DNA from: Enoplolaimus lenunculus
Taxonomy: Eukaryota
NCBI GenBank assembly: GCA_030248215.1
Contig: JASANG010001107.1
Span: forward strand, 372,001 to 436,000
Reading direction: 5' to 3'
DNA: 64,000 nt
In this document: one piece after another, positions 23,971 through 36,300 of the stretch
How positions within the stretch are numbered: position 1 is the first letter of the stretch
Layout: each line of letters starts with the position of its first letter
Program-made: the position numbers and the translations under genes
Notes under the pieces: model-generated
What the model saw: the letters and a program-made list of their open reading frames with translations, nothing else
Told to the model about the DNA's origin: nothing
The model's database searches: none

Positions 23971-25548
23971 CTACAACAACGACAACAACAACAACAACAA
24001 CACATTCACCACTAAACTTACACCGTGTGCCACGTGTGCAAGCACAATTGGTAGTGCAAAAGCAGATACCACTATACCAGTTGTGGCAAATATTGCCAAC
24101 TCAGTATACGCCGAGCTGCTTGCCATTTCGTCTTGGTATCGTTTTGCGATTAACAACGGGATCGGGCATAGTATATAGAATATGATTACAAACAACGGCC
24201 ACCACGCGCTAAAATATACATATATAGCCTGTAACCGACGAGTTTTTACCAAGCTATTAACAAAATCTACTCATCGATCGTTTTCCTTAGATATAGAATA
24301 TCTACTATCTGATCATTTTCTCCAGAAAATGCATACGCCATTTCGTTGTGTTAACCAAGGAGGTAAACTTTGTGACACTGTAGCTAAATATGAGTAAAAA
24401 CGATGCTGGGATGCAACCCGCAAAACAATATTCTATGATACACTTGCATAAAAAACTGTCATGGTATGCTACGTAAAGTGTTAACGGTATATAATCGGAT
24501 GGAAAATAAAGATCTACTCATTATGAAAAAGACACAATTAGCGTAAAAACAACACAGCTTTGTATATCCTACACAGAGCTGAACATAGAATAATGAAAAG
24601 CCGTAGAGCATTCTGAATATTCAACTATGTACATCAGTTATAAAACGCCCATAACACGAATGTTATGTCTATTCATCATACCGCGGTTTGTCTAGTTGGG
24701 GAAGTGCCCCCGACACTGCCAATTCCTCCCACTTTTGGTCTTCCCCGAGTATGACGCCGACCACATTTTTCAGTGTGGCGGCATAGAACCAGACATATAG
24801 CCGTACAGCAACTAAAACCTGTTTTTGAGACTACAACAGTAGCAATTTTGATAATATATACGTATAGACCAAATGTTGCATGACGCCATATGGCTAAAAC
24901 GAACAGAGCAACACTAAGTTTATTACTCAATAGGCAAAAACCTACTTATACTTTGGCAACGCACACCCAAGCACCAAAAACAGCAGTCCGATAGAGCCAG
25001 AAAACGCCAAACATATTAATGCTGAAACGGCAAAATAAACTGCGAAATGGTGAATCAATGAAATTATAGCATTAATCTAACATCGGAGATATATAATTTA
25101 TTAGGAACCTAGCTTGACCATATGATTTCGATATTCAAAGTTGAAGAGTATATAGTTTTATGTTAAATAATGCAAAAAACAGAAACCTTGCTTAACGAAC
25201 AGATCCTTGCCCTTTATTTATGCAAAACGTTTACATGGGCATCACATACGCTAAGCCTCAACCAAGATGTTCATTGGCTTTAAGACTTCAGAAATTAGCA
25301 ATCTGCTAAGATGAAGTCATGTAATCTATTTCAAATGTATATACGTTGTATATTCAACGTGACTGAAAACATGAAGGTCATTGCATATGCCGCTGAATTG
25401 ATTAGATTTCACAGCACTAAATAATTCAAACGAGTCCTACGTATTTCTTCCAATGCATGATGCTCGTGTCGATAAGGGTTTTACAGAATCAGAGGTGCGT
25501 AGAACCAACAGAAACACGTGACAGAAACTAACACTTTATATCTGCCAT
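21430..25548 (-). CDS. LEPROT: Vps55 / leptin receptor gene-related protein (endospanin) homolog. Exons 25548-25533, 25021-24946, 24208-24022, 21549-21430 (distal last exon)
   Basis: Spliced product [132 protein letters not shown]. Canonical splice sites, consistent phases, four hydrophobic segments. LEPROT and LEPROTL1 cannot be distinguished here. Confidence 0.93.
21572..22430. repeat. Long imperfect inverted repeat (~100-nt arms) between the two LEPROT last exons
   Basis: TGCGGTGTTCACGTTATAACTGGGG..AACACGTTTTCTC..TGAATG (21572-~21675) matches the reverse complement of ~22322-22430. Confidence 0.8.
21875..22265. mobile_element. hAT MITE (CAGGGTGCGACCGG subfamily)
   Basis: TIRs present. 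TSD TGTGACGT/TGTGTCGT. Related copies at ~11750, 34823-35113 and 51571-52047. Confidence 0.8.
23074..23181 (-). CDS. LEPROT: Alternative (proximal) last coding exon of the Vps55/LEPROT gene
   Basis: TTTCCATCTTTAG acceptor, phase 0. Encodes [35 protein letters not shown], homologous to the distal exon. Confidence 0.88.
   Translation of the reverse strand: MAWGACGLVLSANIITFATIAAYFYIYRDEDSSPW
23864..24001 (+). repeat. (AAC)n microsatellite, ~45 units
   Basis: Nearly pure CAA run starting ~20 nt into the intron after the LEPROT exon 3 donor. Confidence 0.98.
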
Positions 25549-26239
25549 CGCGAAAAATGTCACTTTGCTTCAAAATATTGTGACTTATGCAACGGATACC
25601 AACCCAATAAATTATAATAATAACAATAACAATACTACTACTAATAATAATGACTGAAATTCCCGTGAATGACGGTTATTACTAGTTCCCAATTACATAC
25701 AAATCTGACTGGGTGCAACAGCAAGGGTTCCGATAGGAAAATCCGGTATTTTTCACTATCTAATTCTAGTAATAAGTCCGGTATTTTTTCACCGGTATTT
25801 TCGGTATTGAAAATTTCTCATTCGAAAATTTAAGAAAAATTGGCATATTTTTCCAACTTATTTTTCTAAAATTGTCTGACCGAGTATTGCCCAATTTTTT
25901 AATTTGTGCCATACTCAATATTTCGTCATACATTTCAAGATACTGCATTTGATTCAGAATTTTGGCATCCTAAATGTTGTGTTTACACCATTAAAAACAG
26001 TTTTGCGCTAATAGTGATCTAATCGTTGTATCAACAGCCAAGCACATGTAGTATCTCCTCAGTAGCACTATAATAGCAAATATCTCATACGTACTTTTTT
26101 TCACTTAGATGGCAAACAGAACAATTTATCTAATCATTCTAAGTAAAAAACATCACGCACAGTAAATCGGAGTTAAATCTCATGTTTTGCGCATTAGTTT
26201 TTTTAAATCACTTCGTTTTGCCTTGTAGATCGGTAACAC

Positions 26240-27060
26240 GCTATCATAAAGCGAAATAAAACAGGTTTCCGGCGCAACCTTTCGTGTAGAAAAAAGTATC
26301 TCGCTCATTTTTAATGATCCGCAGCCAGCAAAACGTCGGCCACTCCACCACCCTATTTTCTGTGTCGCTATTACGATTCATCATTATTCCCTTTGCATAC
26401 GCTCTAGGTATATAAGGAATGTATTCTTGTCGTAGACAGCTCTTCATGCAGATATATGCAACCCGTATTTGCTCGATAATAATGCGAAGAAACACGTGGA
26501 AATTACTCAATTTCCTTGATAACTGATTTGGTGACACCTTGGGACGTTTTATTGCACGAATAGCGATTGCCATACGCAATTACTAGGCTCGTTATGTCAT
26601 TGGAATTGTCTTCAATGTAGCGAGTCATTGCATTGTTGATATTACAATTGGAAATGATGCCCAGCGTTGTTACGAACAACTCGTAGCAGACTTGTGTCAC
26701 GGCATCTTCGGGTGTTTCGGCGAATTTATTTTGACTCGTGATCTCAAAAAGTTTCCACATTCGTCGCGCATTTCCGAAGGAACACTTATTTGGTCAGTAT
26801 TTCTTGACATAGTTCCTCGGCAAAATTTTGCTGCAGCTAAACAACCATGCGGATCTTTCTCGCAAACACTTTTAAGGAATTAATTTCCGAGCATCTTTAA
26901 ATCACTGATTTGGCTGCGACTTTGCATTGAGCATATCATAGCGTTTACCCGATAGGCAAACAATTTTTCTCACGTTCTTAATCCAAAACTCTTTGTCTTT
27001 CGGTTTGACTGGAGCGCACACCATACCATCGTCGCATTGACTTTTTTCAAACATTTGAAA
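26240..27060 (-). pseudogene. Internally deleted Sola-type transposase relic
   Basis: N-terminal-type motifs WIKNVRK..SGKRY, MWKLFEITSQNKF and QVCYELFVTTLGI are joined to the C-terminal-type NRNSDTENRVVEWPTFCWLRIIK..FFY. Catalytic core not seen. Confidence 0.5.
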
Positions 27061-27149
27061 AACTTCCAGCTAATTTTCTGCTTGACGTGAACGAGATAAA
27101 ATTCAGACACTTTTGTTAGTTAACGAAACTGGCAACATTTTATGTTAAC

Positions 27150-27570
27150 ATGTTTTATACCTACATCTTTTGAACGTGCTGATTTGCCAGATGACTGGCG
27201 GCATGCAATTGTTCTTGTTTCTATAAAAGGTTGTATAACGGTACCAGCAGATTATAGACCAATACTTGGTTAATTGTGCTTGTAAGGTCTGCGAAAAAAT
27301 TATTTCTGACAAAATTTATAGTTTTGTTGAATTATAGCTCGTTCTATTCTTCCCAACATGGTTATAGACATGGAAAATCTACATTAACAAAAATCTAGTG
27401 TACGGTATTTCTGACAAACTGCTTCGATGGATAAAAGTGTATCTGTCTAACAGAACTCTGTTAGTTAAAGTGAACGACTTCTTTTCACGTTGAACGTACG
27501 TATGTTAGAAGTACTGTTTCAACTTTTATAAATGACTTAACGGATTTCAAACTCAGTTCGCAAATTTCTG
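27150..27570 (+). pseudogene. Degenerate LINE reverse transcriptase fragment (CR1/L2-like)
   Basis: LPDDWRHAIV, DYRPI, CKVCEKII, QHGYRHGKST, YGISDKLLRWIKVYLSNR, FINDL, with stops and frameshifts. Confidence 0.8.
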
Positions 27571-28076
27571 CAATAGAAATATTTAGTTTTTGCGGAAAAC
27601 GTCCTCTGTGTTTATCAACCCCCAATGTAGGACTGCATATATTTACGGCACGTATATATATGAAATTTACTGTTTTAGTAGAATCTGTGTAAAAAAAGTA
27701 ATACTAAAAGAATTCCAAAAATGTTAAATTTTACATACTTTACTTACAAAGACTGTAGACATTAAACCTACAATCTATAGTACTAAGAAGTATTCATCCT
27801 AATTTGATTTTTATGCACAAACTAATTTGAAACATGGTGGCCATCAATTTTTACTATTTATTTGAGTTGGCAACATGCGCCCAAGCGGGAGATAACCCGA
27901 GATCTGTAAATCCGCGTCCCATGCACACTACTTGTTACAATACCGAAAACTGCCGAGTGTAAGCATGGGAGACTTGCTTGTCCTAGCGCATATGCAATAT
28001 ATGCAATATACATTATATAGTATGCTTGCCAGCAGCATACGGTCGACGCATAGTCGACGATAAAAATGTTGGAGGC

Positions 28077-28150
28077 GGGCTACGTGGTGCAGTGGCAACA
28101 GCGTCTGCCAGACGCGCAGTAGGCGCCAGTTCCAAACCAGCCGTGACCCA
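28077..28150 (+). pseudogene. tRNA-like element (tRNA pseudogene or SINE head)
   Basis: A box TGGTGCAGTGG, degenerate B box AGTTCCAAACC, imperfect acceptor stem, anticodon stem CTGC/GCAG with loop CAGACGC, followed by CTTTT. Confidence 0.6.
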
Positions 28151-29474
28151 CTTTTCCAGCTGCTTAGTAGAAACTAGGTCTGAAATCCCGGTTCCTGCCT
28201 AGATTGACGCCGAGACTGAGACTCCCATCCCTGATACGTGGAAGTCGCAATATATACGACGTACAGAAAACAGCCACCGCCAGTAAACATTTGCAACAAC
28301 GCTACACATTTATATGAATTATTCCGATATTGAACTTCGTCAAATCAAATAGAACACAGTAGCAACCGTGACCAACAGCATTAGATGTTCTATAGATAAA
28401 ACACTAGCTATGCATTAATTGTATGCAGTAAGCATACCTTCAATAGAAATATTCCGTGATCAACAGGTAGTTATACCAACGTTTAGCCTTTGCAGACACA
28501 ACGGTGCAATTTCAAGTCTTATTCAGATGACGCTAGCAACAAAGCACAAATAAACACAAATGTTTAGTTCAAATATTTTTTGCCAGTGGCGCTTTGAGGA
28601 ATTTTAATGATGGGCGGTGGATTGGTTGATTGGATACGCAATTAAAAAGGCTGTATTGCACACGATGCTGAAGAAACCTCGCTAGTAATGCGAGCAAAGT
28701 CTCAGTCACATTTATTATACTGCGTAAACTTTAAGTGTGCCCATGTTTTCCGGGCCCTATAAATACACTACATCAGAATTAATTTGACAACTTTTCGCTT
28801 TAGATTTGACTTCGGGGACCTTTAATTGGCCTCCCTGAAGGAGTCGAATTTGACTCAGTTTGTGTAGTCCTGAAAAACCTATTTTGGCAGGAGTAAGTTT
28901 GACTCAACAGCCAGAAAAACCATCGTAAATCACCTATAAAGGTTGGCACAGGATTCCACAAAATTAGTATTCGGATGGCGAATATCCGTATGTATACGGA
29001 GGTAGGTCCGAAATTGGATTTGATTAAGTGTTGAACCGATAGTGCAAAATAGAACACATCGCCAGCGTGGCCGATGTTTTGGTTCAACACTGATCTATGT
29101 CCGTTTCAGTCATAAAAACCGAGAACCTCATTTTTAATTGCCATAGTTGTAAAACCAAATTGGAGCAGTTTTCTTCATACAGATCTGCTGCAATTGTCAG
29201 ATTTATAATAAAAATAACTAGTGCGCCGCTATTTTTTCCTACAAAATTATAGAAATCCCGATGAATATTTGCGTGTTTTAATTACCAAAAGCAGGGTAAA
29301 GCGCCCCACTTCCAAATAGACTCGGGCCAAACCTTGTGATTAAAATTGATTTTTTATCAATTCCGCATCTCCTCGTTCAGAAATGTTCAACTCTACCCGT
29401 GTTTTGGACGAAAAAATTGCACAGTTTTATAAAAGTACTTATTTTGTACAATCTGAAAAGAATTTGATTTGTGC

Positions 29475-29950
29475 CCCATTGTCCCGTGTTCCCAGCGAAA
29501 ATTTGCAGCTTCCCGTTTTCCCATTTGCCCGGAAAAATCTGTCTCGTTTTCCCATTTGCCAGAAACAATCCTGTCCCGTTTTCCTGTTTTTCCAGCAACC
29601 AATTGTAGCTGTCTTGTGTTCCCATTTGCCTAAAACAGGACTGTCCCATTGCTCCGTTTTCCTAGCGAATACTTACAGTTGTCCCGGTTTCCCGTTTGTT
29701 CGAAACATACATGTCCGTTTTCCCGTTCCTGCGAAAAATAGGAGTTGTCCCGTTTTTACATTTGCCCGAAACAAACCTGTCCAATTTTCCCGTTTCCCAG
29801 CGAAAATGCAGCTGTCATGTTTTCCCATTGCCTGAAACAGGCCAGTCCCATAGTTTCGTTTTCCCAGTGAATACTTGCAGCTGTCCCATTTTCCCATTTG
29901 CCCGAAACATACCTGTCCGTTTCCCCTATTTATCCATCGAAAATTGCAGC
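29475..29950 (+). repeat. Degenerate minisatellite (TGTCCCGTTTTCCCATTTGCC-like units)
   Basis: Recurrent TGTCCC(G/A)TTTTCCC motif about every 30 bp. Explains several spurious ORFs. Confidence 0.8.
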
Positions 29951-30469
29951 TGTAAACCTCCAGTGAACGTTCGAATCAAATTGTTCTACATTAGGAAAAT
30001 TCCTCCAAACAACAACACTGATATACACATACCTAACTGTCATCGTAATATCTATAAAAGACTTTGTGAACGTTAATTATTCCACTATTTGCGATCACGC
30101 TATCGAATATGAGAACAAATTTACCGTTTTTCCACTTCGTATAAGACTGTCCGCAATTATACATTGAAAATCCCTCAAACGCATTAACTTTGTAACGCCT
30201 AGTTGTTCGCACTGTCGCTTGTACAGTAGCCACGCATTTTACGACGGAAACGTTTAAACAGAAAAACGCCAGCCTCATATATAATTTTTGTACCAAGTCG
30301 GAACCGATACAACCGACCAATGAATTGTTTCATCTACACCCCCATATAGTGTTGCACAGCCTTGGTCCCTAAAATGAAAAAGTGCTGCGTTTCGGCAACT
30401 AACCAGTGCTGAAACGCTTCACCCATTTAATTTTCCAAGTGCGTTGAAACCAAATTCAGTACTCCGCTA

Positions 30470-31870
30470 TCTAGCCAGCGTACCACGCAAATACCTAAAT
30501 TGACATCAGTAATAAAGTCTGACGAACCACATTCCTCTTGCTTCAGTTGTGTTTCGCTCTTAAGCAGCTTTCCAGTCCCTTCAGTTTGTTAGCTCTCACT
30601 GCATCTACGGCCCAGATATCACACGATTTATGCTTTAGTAGCCCAATAGACCGAAATACGCTTCATGGCAAACTTTCTGAGGAAATGTGTCACACAAGTT
30701 AGCCACAACACCAGGAGCAACACAGAGTGGTTTTGAATGAGCATCCATTGATATTGTGCCAGATACACCTGAAAATGATACACGATACTAACCCCACAAA
30801 GCGCCCAAACCGTACCTTACTTGCGAGGTTTACTGCGTATGTATTGCCGAATATCCCAACGCGTTATTGTTGGCACCATCATTTGGTCGACTGATTGTTT
30901 TTCTTCTGCTTCTATCTTTAGACACACATTTCGCAGGCCGTCAATAAGTGGTCTAATCTTGAATAACCAAGCAAATTCCACACTTTGCCTATCTGGAATC
31001 TTTGCGTTGTCGTTAAAATGAATCTGCTTTTTCACGTATTCAAAATCATATTTTAACATTGTGTCTGCTATTGTAGCAATCCGGGCCCTTCATGACCAAT
31101 AAAGTTTGTATCATAGATACGACAGTACTCCCAAAGCAGAATCATCTTGAAATATTGTTCAATTTGTTCAATGCTGATCGTTCTAGGACATGCACCACTG
31201 CATCCAATGTAGCTTTTCGTAGTGTAAATGTTAGTTTGTTAGCAACTATTACCTACCATAGCATCAGTTATGAGCTGACGAAAATATATACATGATAGGT
31301 TCCATGTCCAATATCTCACCCTCGGGTTCCGAAAAGTTTTGCTCTTGAAACGAACGATCAATTATATTTGGTTGTTTTTCGCCAGCGCAACTCTTCTTTT
31401 TCCTCTAATATATTATCTGTTCCGACAGAAGTACCATCGTCCGGTTCATTATCGTCAGAATTTTCGTAATTACGCTCAGCTAGAATCTAGATTTATAATC
31501 TGCACGAGCTCCTCACACCTCGTCAGAATTACTTCCTGACTCCTCCTCCTCACTGTCAAAACCGGTACTTTATAACAGTGTCCTTGTGAATACCTCATGA
31601 TTTCGGTTAAGGATTGAAACCACCAACTCCGCGCTTAGGTCCCTATTCCAATGACGCTTATATCGCTCTGGTTCAACAAATGCAGTCGTTTCCCCATTTA
31701 TGCCCCCCAACACCGTATTAAAGCTAGATACCGGTAAAGTACAAGTAACGACTAGACAGGTATAACAACAATATGCTTATCTGCCGACCATTATTGTCAA
31801 CCGAGGAGGCCGAAAGTTCCTTGTTACAGGTGCTTTCCGCACGTCAACTACGATACTCTTAACCATGTTG
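30470..31870 (-). pseudogene. piggyBac (PGBD-like) transposase relic
   Basis: FEYVKKQIHFNDN, LFKIRPLID, SVDQMMVP, IRQYIRSKPRKYG, VRANKLKG, VVRWLDSGV and an acidic N-terminus, all disrupted. Confidence 0.85.
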
Positions 31871-33371
31871 TTCCACTAAGTCACAAGCTCACACCGTACA
31901 AAACAAATGCAAACTTTAACGTGACAATCCCGAATACTCCGTAAATCCCCAATAACCGTACAGAGTTCCCAAGATTCCCCAGAAAACAGCCGAAACTAGC
32001 CCCGCTAGAATCGACAAACCCCAGAACAACTCCAAATAACCCCAGAAAACCCCTTAACACATATCCCCAGAATCCCCGATAAATCCCCAGGTACTGCCCG
32101 TAGGCTCCGCGCTTCCGTTGCTGAATCCATGATTACGCCGGCTCACCGCGCTCACATTGGAGCTACCGTGACTACTATCCCAAGTAAAACCAATGACTAC
32201 TATCCCAAGTAAAACCAATATGTCCACGTCTCCCGATAACCGCTATGCAAACCAACTAATTCCAAACAAACGCTAATAAATTCCGTAAACTACGCAAGTA
32301 AATCGCACACACAAAAACGCCGCATTTTCCAGGTGAAAAATATCAGAATGAAATTTGCAGGCTGGCTAACGCAGCCCCCGTGTTTTGTTGATTTGCATAT
32401 ATTTGGGTGTCCCGGGAGTCCAGACACCTTAGGGACACTTGAATCCGCCATACAATAACGCATACACAACGACATATACCCCCCAGCCCCTAGCTCTGAA
32501 ATTTGGCGCAATAGGCCAACAAAACCATTTTTAGGTAATTCAAATCGCTCTAAATCACTTACAATTTGATTTACTGAGATCTATACATGTCATACAAAGG
32601 GCTTGTTATGTATAATATTACCTCAGAGGTTTTCAGCTGACAAAGATAATCTGCACGCCTAATCATTAACGCATATAATAAGATGTTCAGGATGTGAATA
32701 TGTTAGGTGCTTATTTATGGCTTCTCCCATAGCCTGCTCACTAAGCCTCAGCGAATAAACCTAACTATAACCTACGCGTAAGCTTAAATATAAGCTTGTC
32801 TTTAACGCTAATCCTCCTAGTATCGCTAAGTCTAAGCGTCACAATGAGCTTAAGCTTAACCTTAAACAAAAATTAGTCTAAAGATTATGTTTACTCTATT
32901 GCAATCCCATATAAAAACGTTCCGCGGCTGATTTTTACATGGACCAAATTTCAAGTCAAATACAGTTCCGGCTCCGATTGCGAGCAGACATTACTCTAAC
33001 CGGCATTTCCCGTCGTTTTAAACTGTGCTTATATCAGTTCCCAGTGCATATTTCTTATGTATTGACATGGAATTTATCAGAGAAACGTGAATAACATTCA
33101 CGTTATAGCAAATTTATTTATCTAGCGCATACTAATTATATTATAAGAAAACATTGTAGGTATGTACACAATTAAAATTCATTTGCAAAAATATTGAACA
33201 AGCAGTAGAAGAATATTAATATAAAAATATATTACTTTCTCCATCGCGAACACTATATACGTACACTTTAAACTTCAACCAGACCATTCAGCGCAGCGTT
33301 GGTACAAAAAAAACGAAAAATGAGCTAAACATAACAGTGTTATTTATTTCATCACGGTAAAACGACATTCA

Positions 33372-36300
33372 TCACAGCGAAGGATATAATCTTTCTGTTG
33401 AGTTCAACAGGTCCACCGAGCCATAACTGAGAGCGTTTGCCGCCCCTAAAGGCGTCACTGTTCGTTTTCGATGTCCACGTTTTGATGCGTATCGATTTGC
33501 AATTTCTGTAACTACACAGTGGTTATCTTCAAGCATACGAGACATTGTACGTGTTACTGTATCAATTGCTAGAGATATCCCTTGTTCACGTACAATACAT
33601 GTGTTAATTTGCTCAAATGAAATAGATGGAATACGGCGCACATCGCTTAAGCATGGAAGCGCACCAAAGTTTGCTACATTCGGCTGATCACCACAAAATT
33701 TAACATCACCGTTCGTTGCTTTGCCACCGTAACGGTTCGCGTGATTGCAACTATGATAACATAACATTGCCGAGTCGCCACTCGTTTTGCAGGCTGAATA
33801 CGAAGCAAGGCGTTCGGCCTGACCTGAATTTGGTTGTGAGGTAGTTACGACAGATGAAAAAGTTGTGGAACTGGAAGCTGTATTAGTAACTAATTCTGAT
33901 TTGGCGGAACACAGCGGGCCATCTCTGCTTGTTCCTTCAGTTTGATTTGTAGCAGGGAAAACGAATAAAGATGGGATTCGTCCTGCAGGTGAGCAGATGT
34001 CTGGGTCACGATTCTGGACACTTGCACACAAATCCAAAGAATATTGCACACTATTTCTAGCGCCGGTCGTTGTATCCTGTGGTTGATCATTGTTGGAATA
34101 CTGAGTGTTTTGGAGACCAACGAAGTAGCTCTGATCGAATATTGTTAACGATGTACAATTACTGTTGGGCCTAAACAGTTTTAATTCTGGCTCGGCAACC
34201 GCACAATTCTTAGTTGCAGTAAACATCAGATCTTTAACTGCATCACTATTATTAGCAGCACTCAGCTTTAACTTCACTCGTTCGTCATCGTTGTAGTTTA
34301 GAAAATCACAATTACATTTCGAGATGGAATCGCCATTGGAAAATACACTGATTGGTTTTGCACAGTCTCCGTTCAACACACTAGATGCTGACTTAAACAG
34401 TGGCAAAATACCGATGTCCCCACTAGCAACAGTATTACTCAATAGATCAGGTTCGCTTGTTTCTGCTTTCATTGCACATGCGTTGTCGTTTAAAGAGCAA
34501 GCATTTGTAGGTTCTACAAAATTGGTAACATCCCTTCTTGAACTAAAACGGCTGCCATTTGTTTGATTTAATATAATAGGCTGTTGTACTGTTTTGTAAA
34601 TAGAACCGTTTGCGAATTGTTGCAAACAGGCGATATTGTCAGAACATATTTGCTGCAGTTCCTAGAAAATATATATCAATATACACAGTTTATATACGTG
34701 CGATGCTGTCATTAAAAGGTGCAGCATACATATTGAGTTGTTATTCACAGGAAAATTTTTTATCACTTATCCACCATACCACAAGAACAATGGTGACAAT
34801 ATTTTTCAAATATAGATTGAAACCAGTGTGCGACCGGATATCCGGTTCCGGTTTAATATCCGGTATACACTTACCAGATATCGGATATTTACGGTTGTGG
34901 TGCTGAATATCATAAAACTGCTTTTTACAAGAGAGTGTCTTTACGTCTTGCTGCGATTACATTTCTGGGCAAATTAAGAAGTTCAAGTTATAATACGTTT
35001 TCAGCTACTTTTAGTATTTTAACATATACAATATTCGGTATCGTGTTGCTGTTCCAGTAAACAATTCGATAGCTGAATCCGGTTCCGGTAAATCAATATC
35101 GGGTGGCACCCTGCTATGTTCACATCACTTAGAAAAACTACCTAAATCTCTTAGAACTAAAATAATATCCTTTTAACTCTTTATTTCTTTGAAAGCCTTA
35201 TAGTCGCCCGCAAATAATATAATTTGACAGTTGTTGTAAACCACTACACCTGCGCAATCGCTGATATATACAAAAAACAATAGCGCCTGCGCCTGCCTTT
35301 ATATGCAACATCAGTAAAAACCACAGAAGAACCAATAAATGTAACTAAGTCAGTGTGCAAAAAGGAACTGGATTATACCGGAATCGGAATTGGAACAGCA
35401 AATATATAAAGGAATTTTAATCGGAATCGGAATTAGAAGTTAGGTGACTGTACGAATAAATTTGTACTGACAAATATAATATTGATTTATGGTGTCTCTT
35501 GGCTCGCAAGAATTTTCAAAAACGTCGCATGAATAAGTTGGCGATGATTTCTGGTCCTGTAAAGTAAACATCAATAATTTATAAGTTAACTTATCAAAAG
35601 GAATAGAAGAGATAAATGATACAGAATTTTTACGCAACATATCACAACAAGTAGGATTAAAATTAAAGTTTCAAAATTGCGATTCCGATAGATTGCTCAA
35701 TCGGAATCGGAACTTGTTTCAACAGGCTTCTTCTCCACAGCTTGAAAATTTCCGCCGGGGGGAGTTTCCTGGGGGGCAGCTGATTTTGCTGGGGGGTGCA
35801 GTTTTCCTGGGGGCCCCCAGATGATCTGGGGGGTCCTGGGGGGCACGCTTAAAATTTTGCAAACCGACTTTTTAGACCATTTTTTTCATTCTAGACCGTG
35901 TTTCCAACTCAACGTAAGATTACTCATCGCTCAACATGACAAAAATTTCTCGCAAACGCTAATAACAATAATTTTAACTAATATTACGTATATACTGACA
36001 ACTTAACCAGAAGTTGAAAGAAGCACAATTATATAAAATATAGATAATCTATAATTGAAACTGTGATTAATATATATTTTGTATATTAGTCACAGCTTCA
36101 TATTATCATAAGGCTCAGGCGGGCTGAACTTGCTGCTGCAAGGTACTTTCGAATGCTGTATGCCCTGAAACGGTCTTTATATAATTGTGCTTTTTCAGTT
36201 CATTATAGAATTGTATTAGTTACTACGGGTATTAAATCATATTTTGCCGAATGTCCGCCTCAAAAGAGGTCCAGGTCTTTACGTTTTAACATTGAAAATT

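Noticed and set aside
28430..28560. Possible upstream non-coding LEPROT exon (minus-strand GAAG|GTATGC donor)
   Set aside because: No convincing acceptor upstream of the ATG exon, so unsupported without transcripts.
29377..30076. Overlapping 70-150 aa ORFs on both strands
   Set aside because: By-product of a stop-poor minisatellite.
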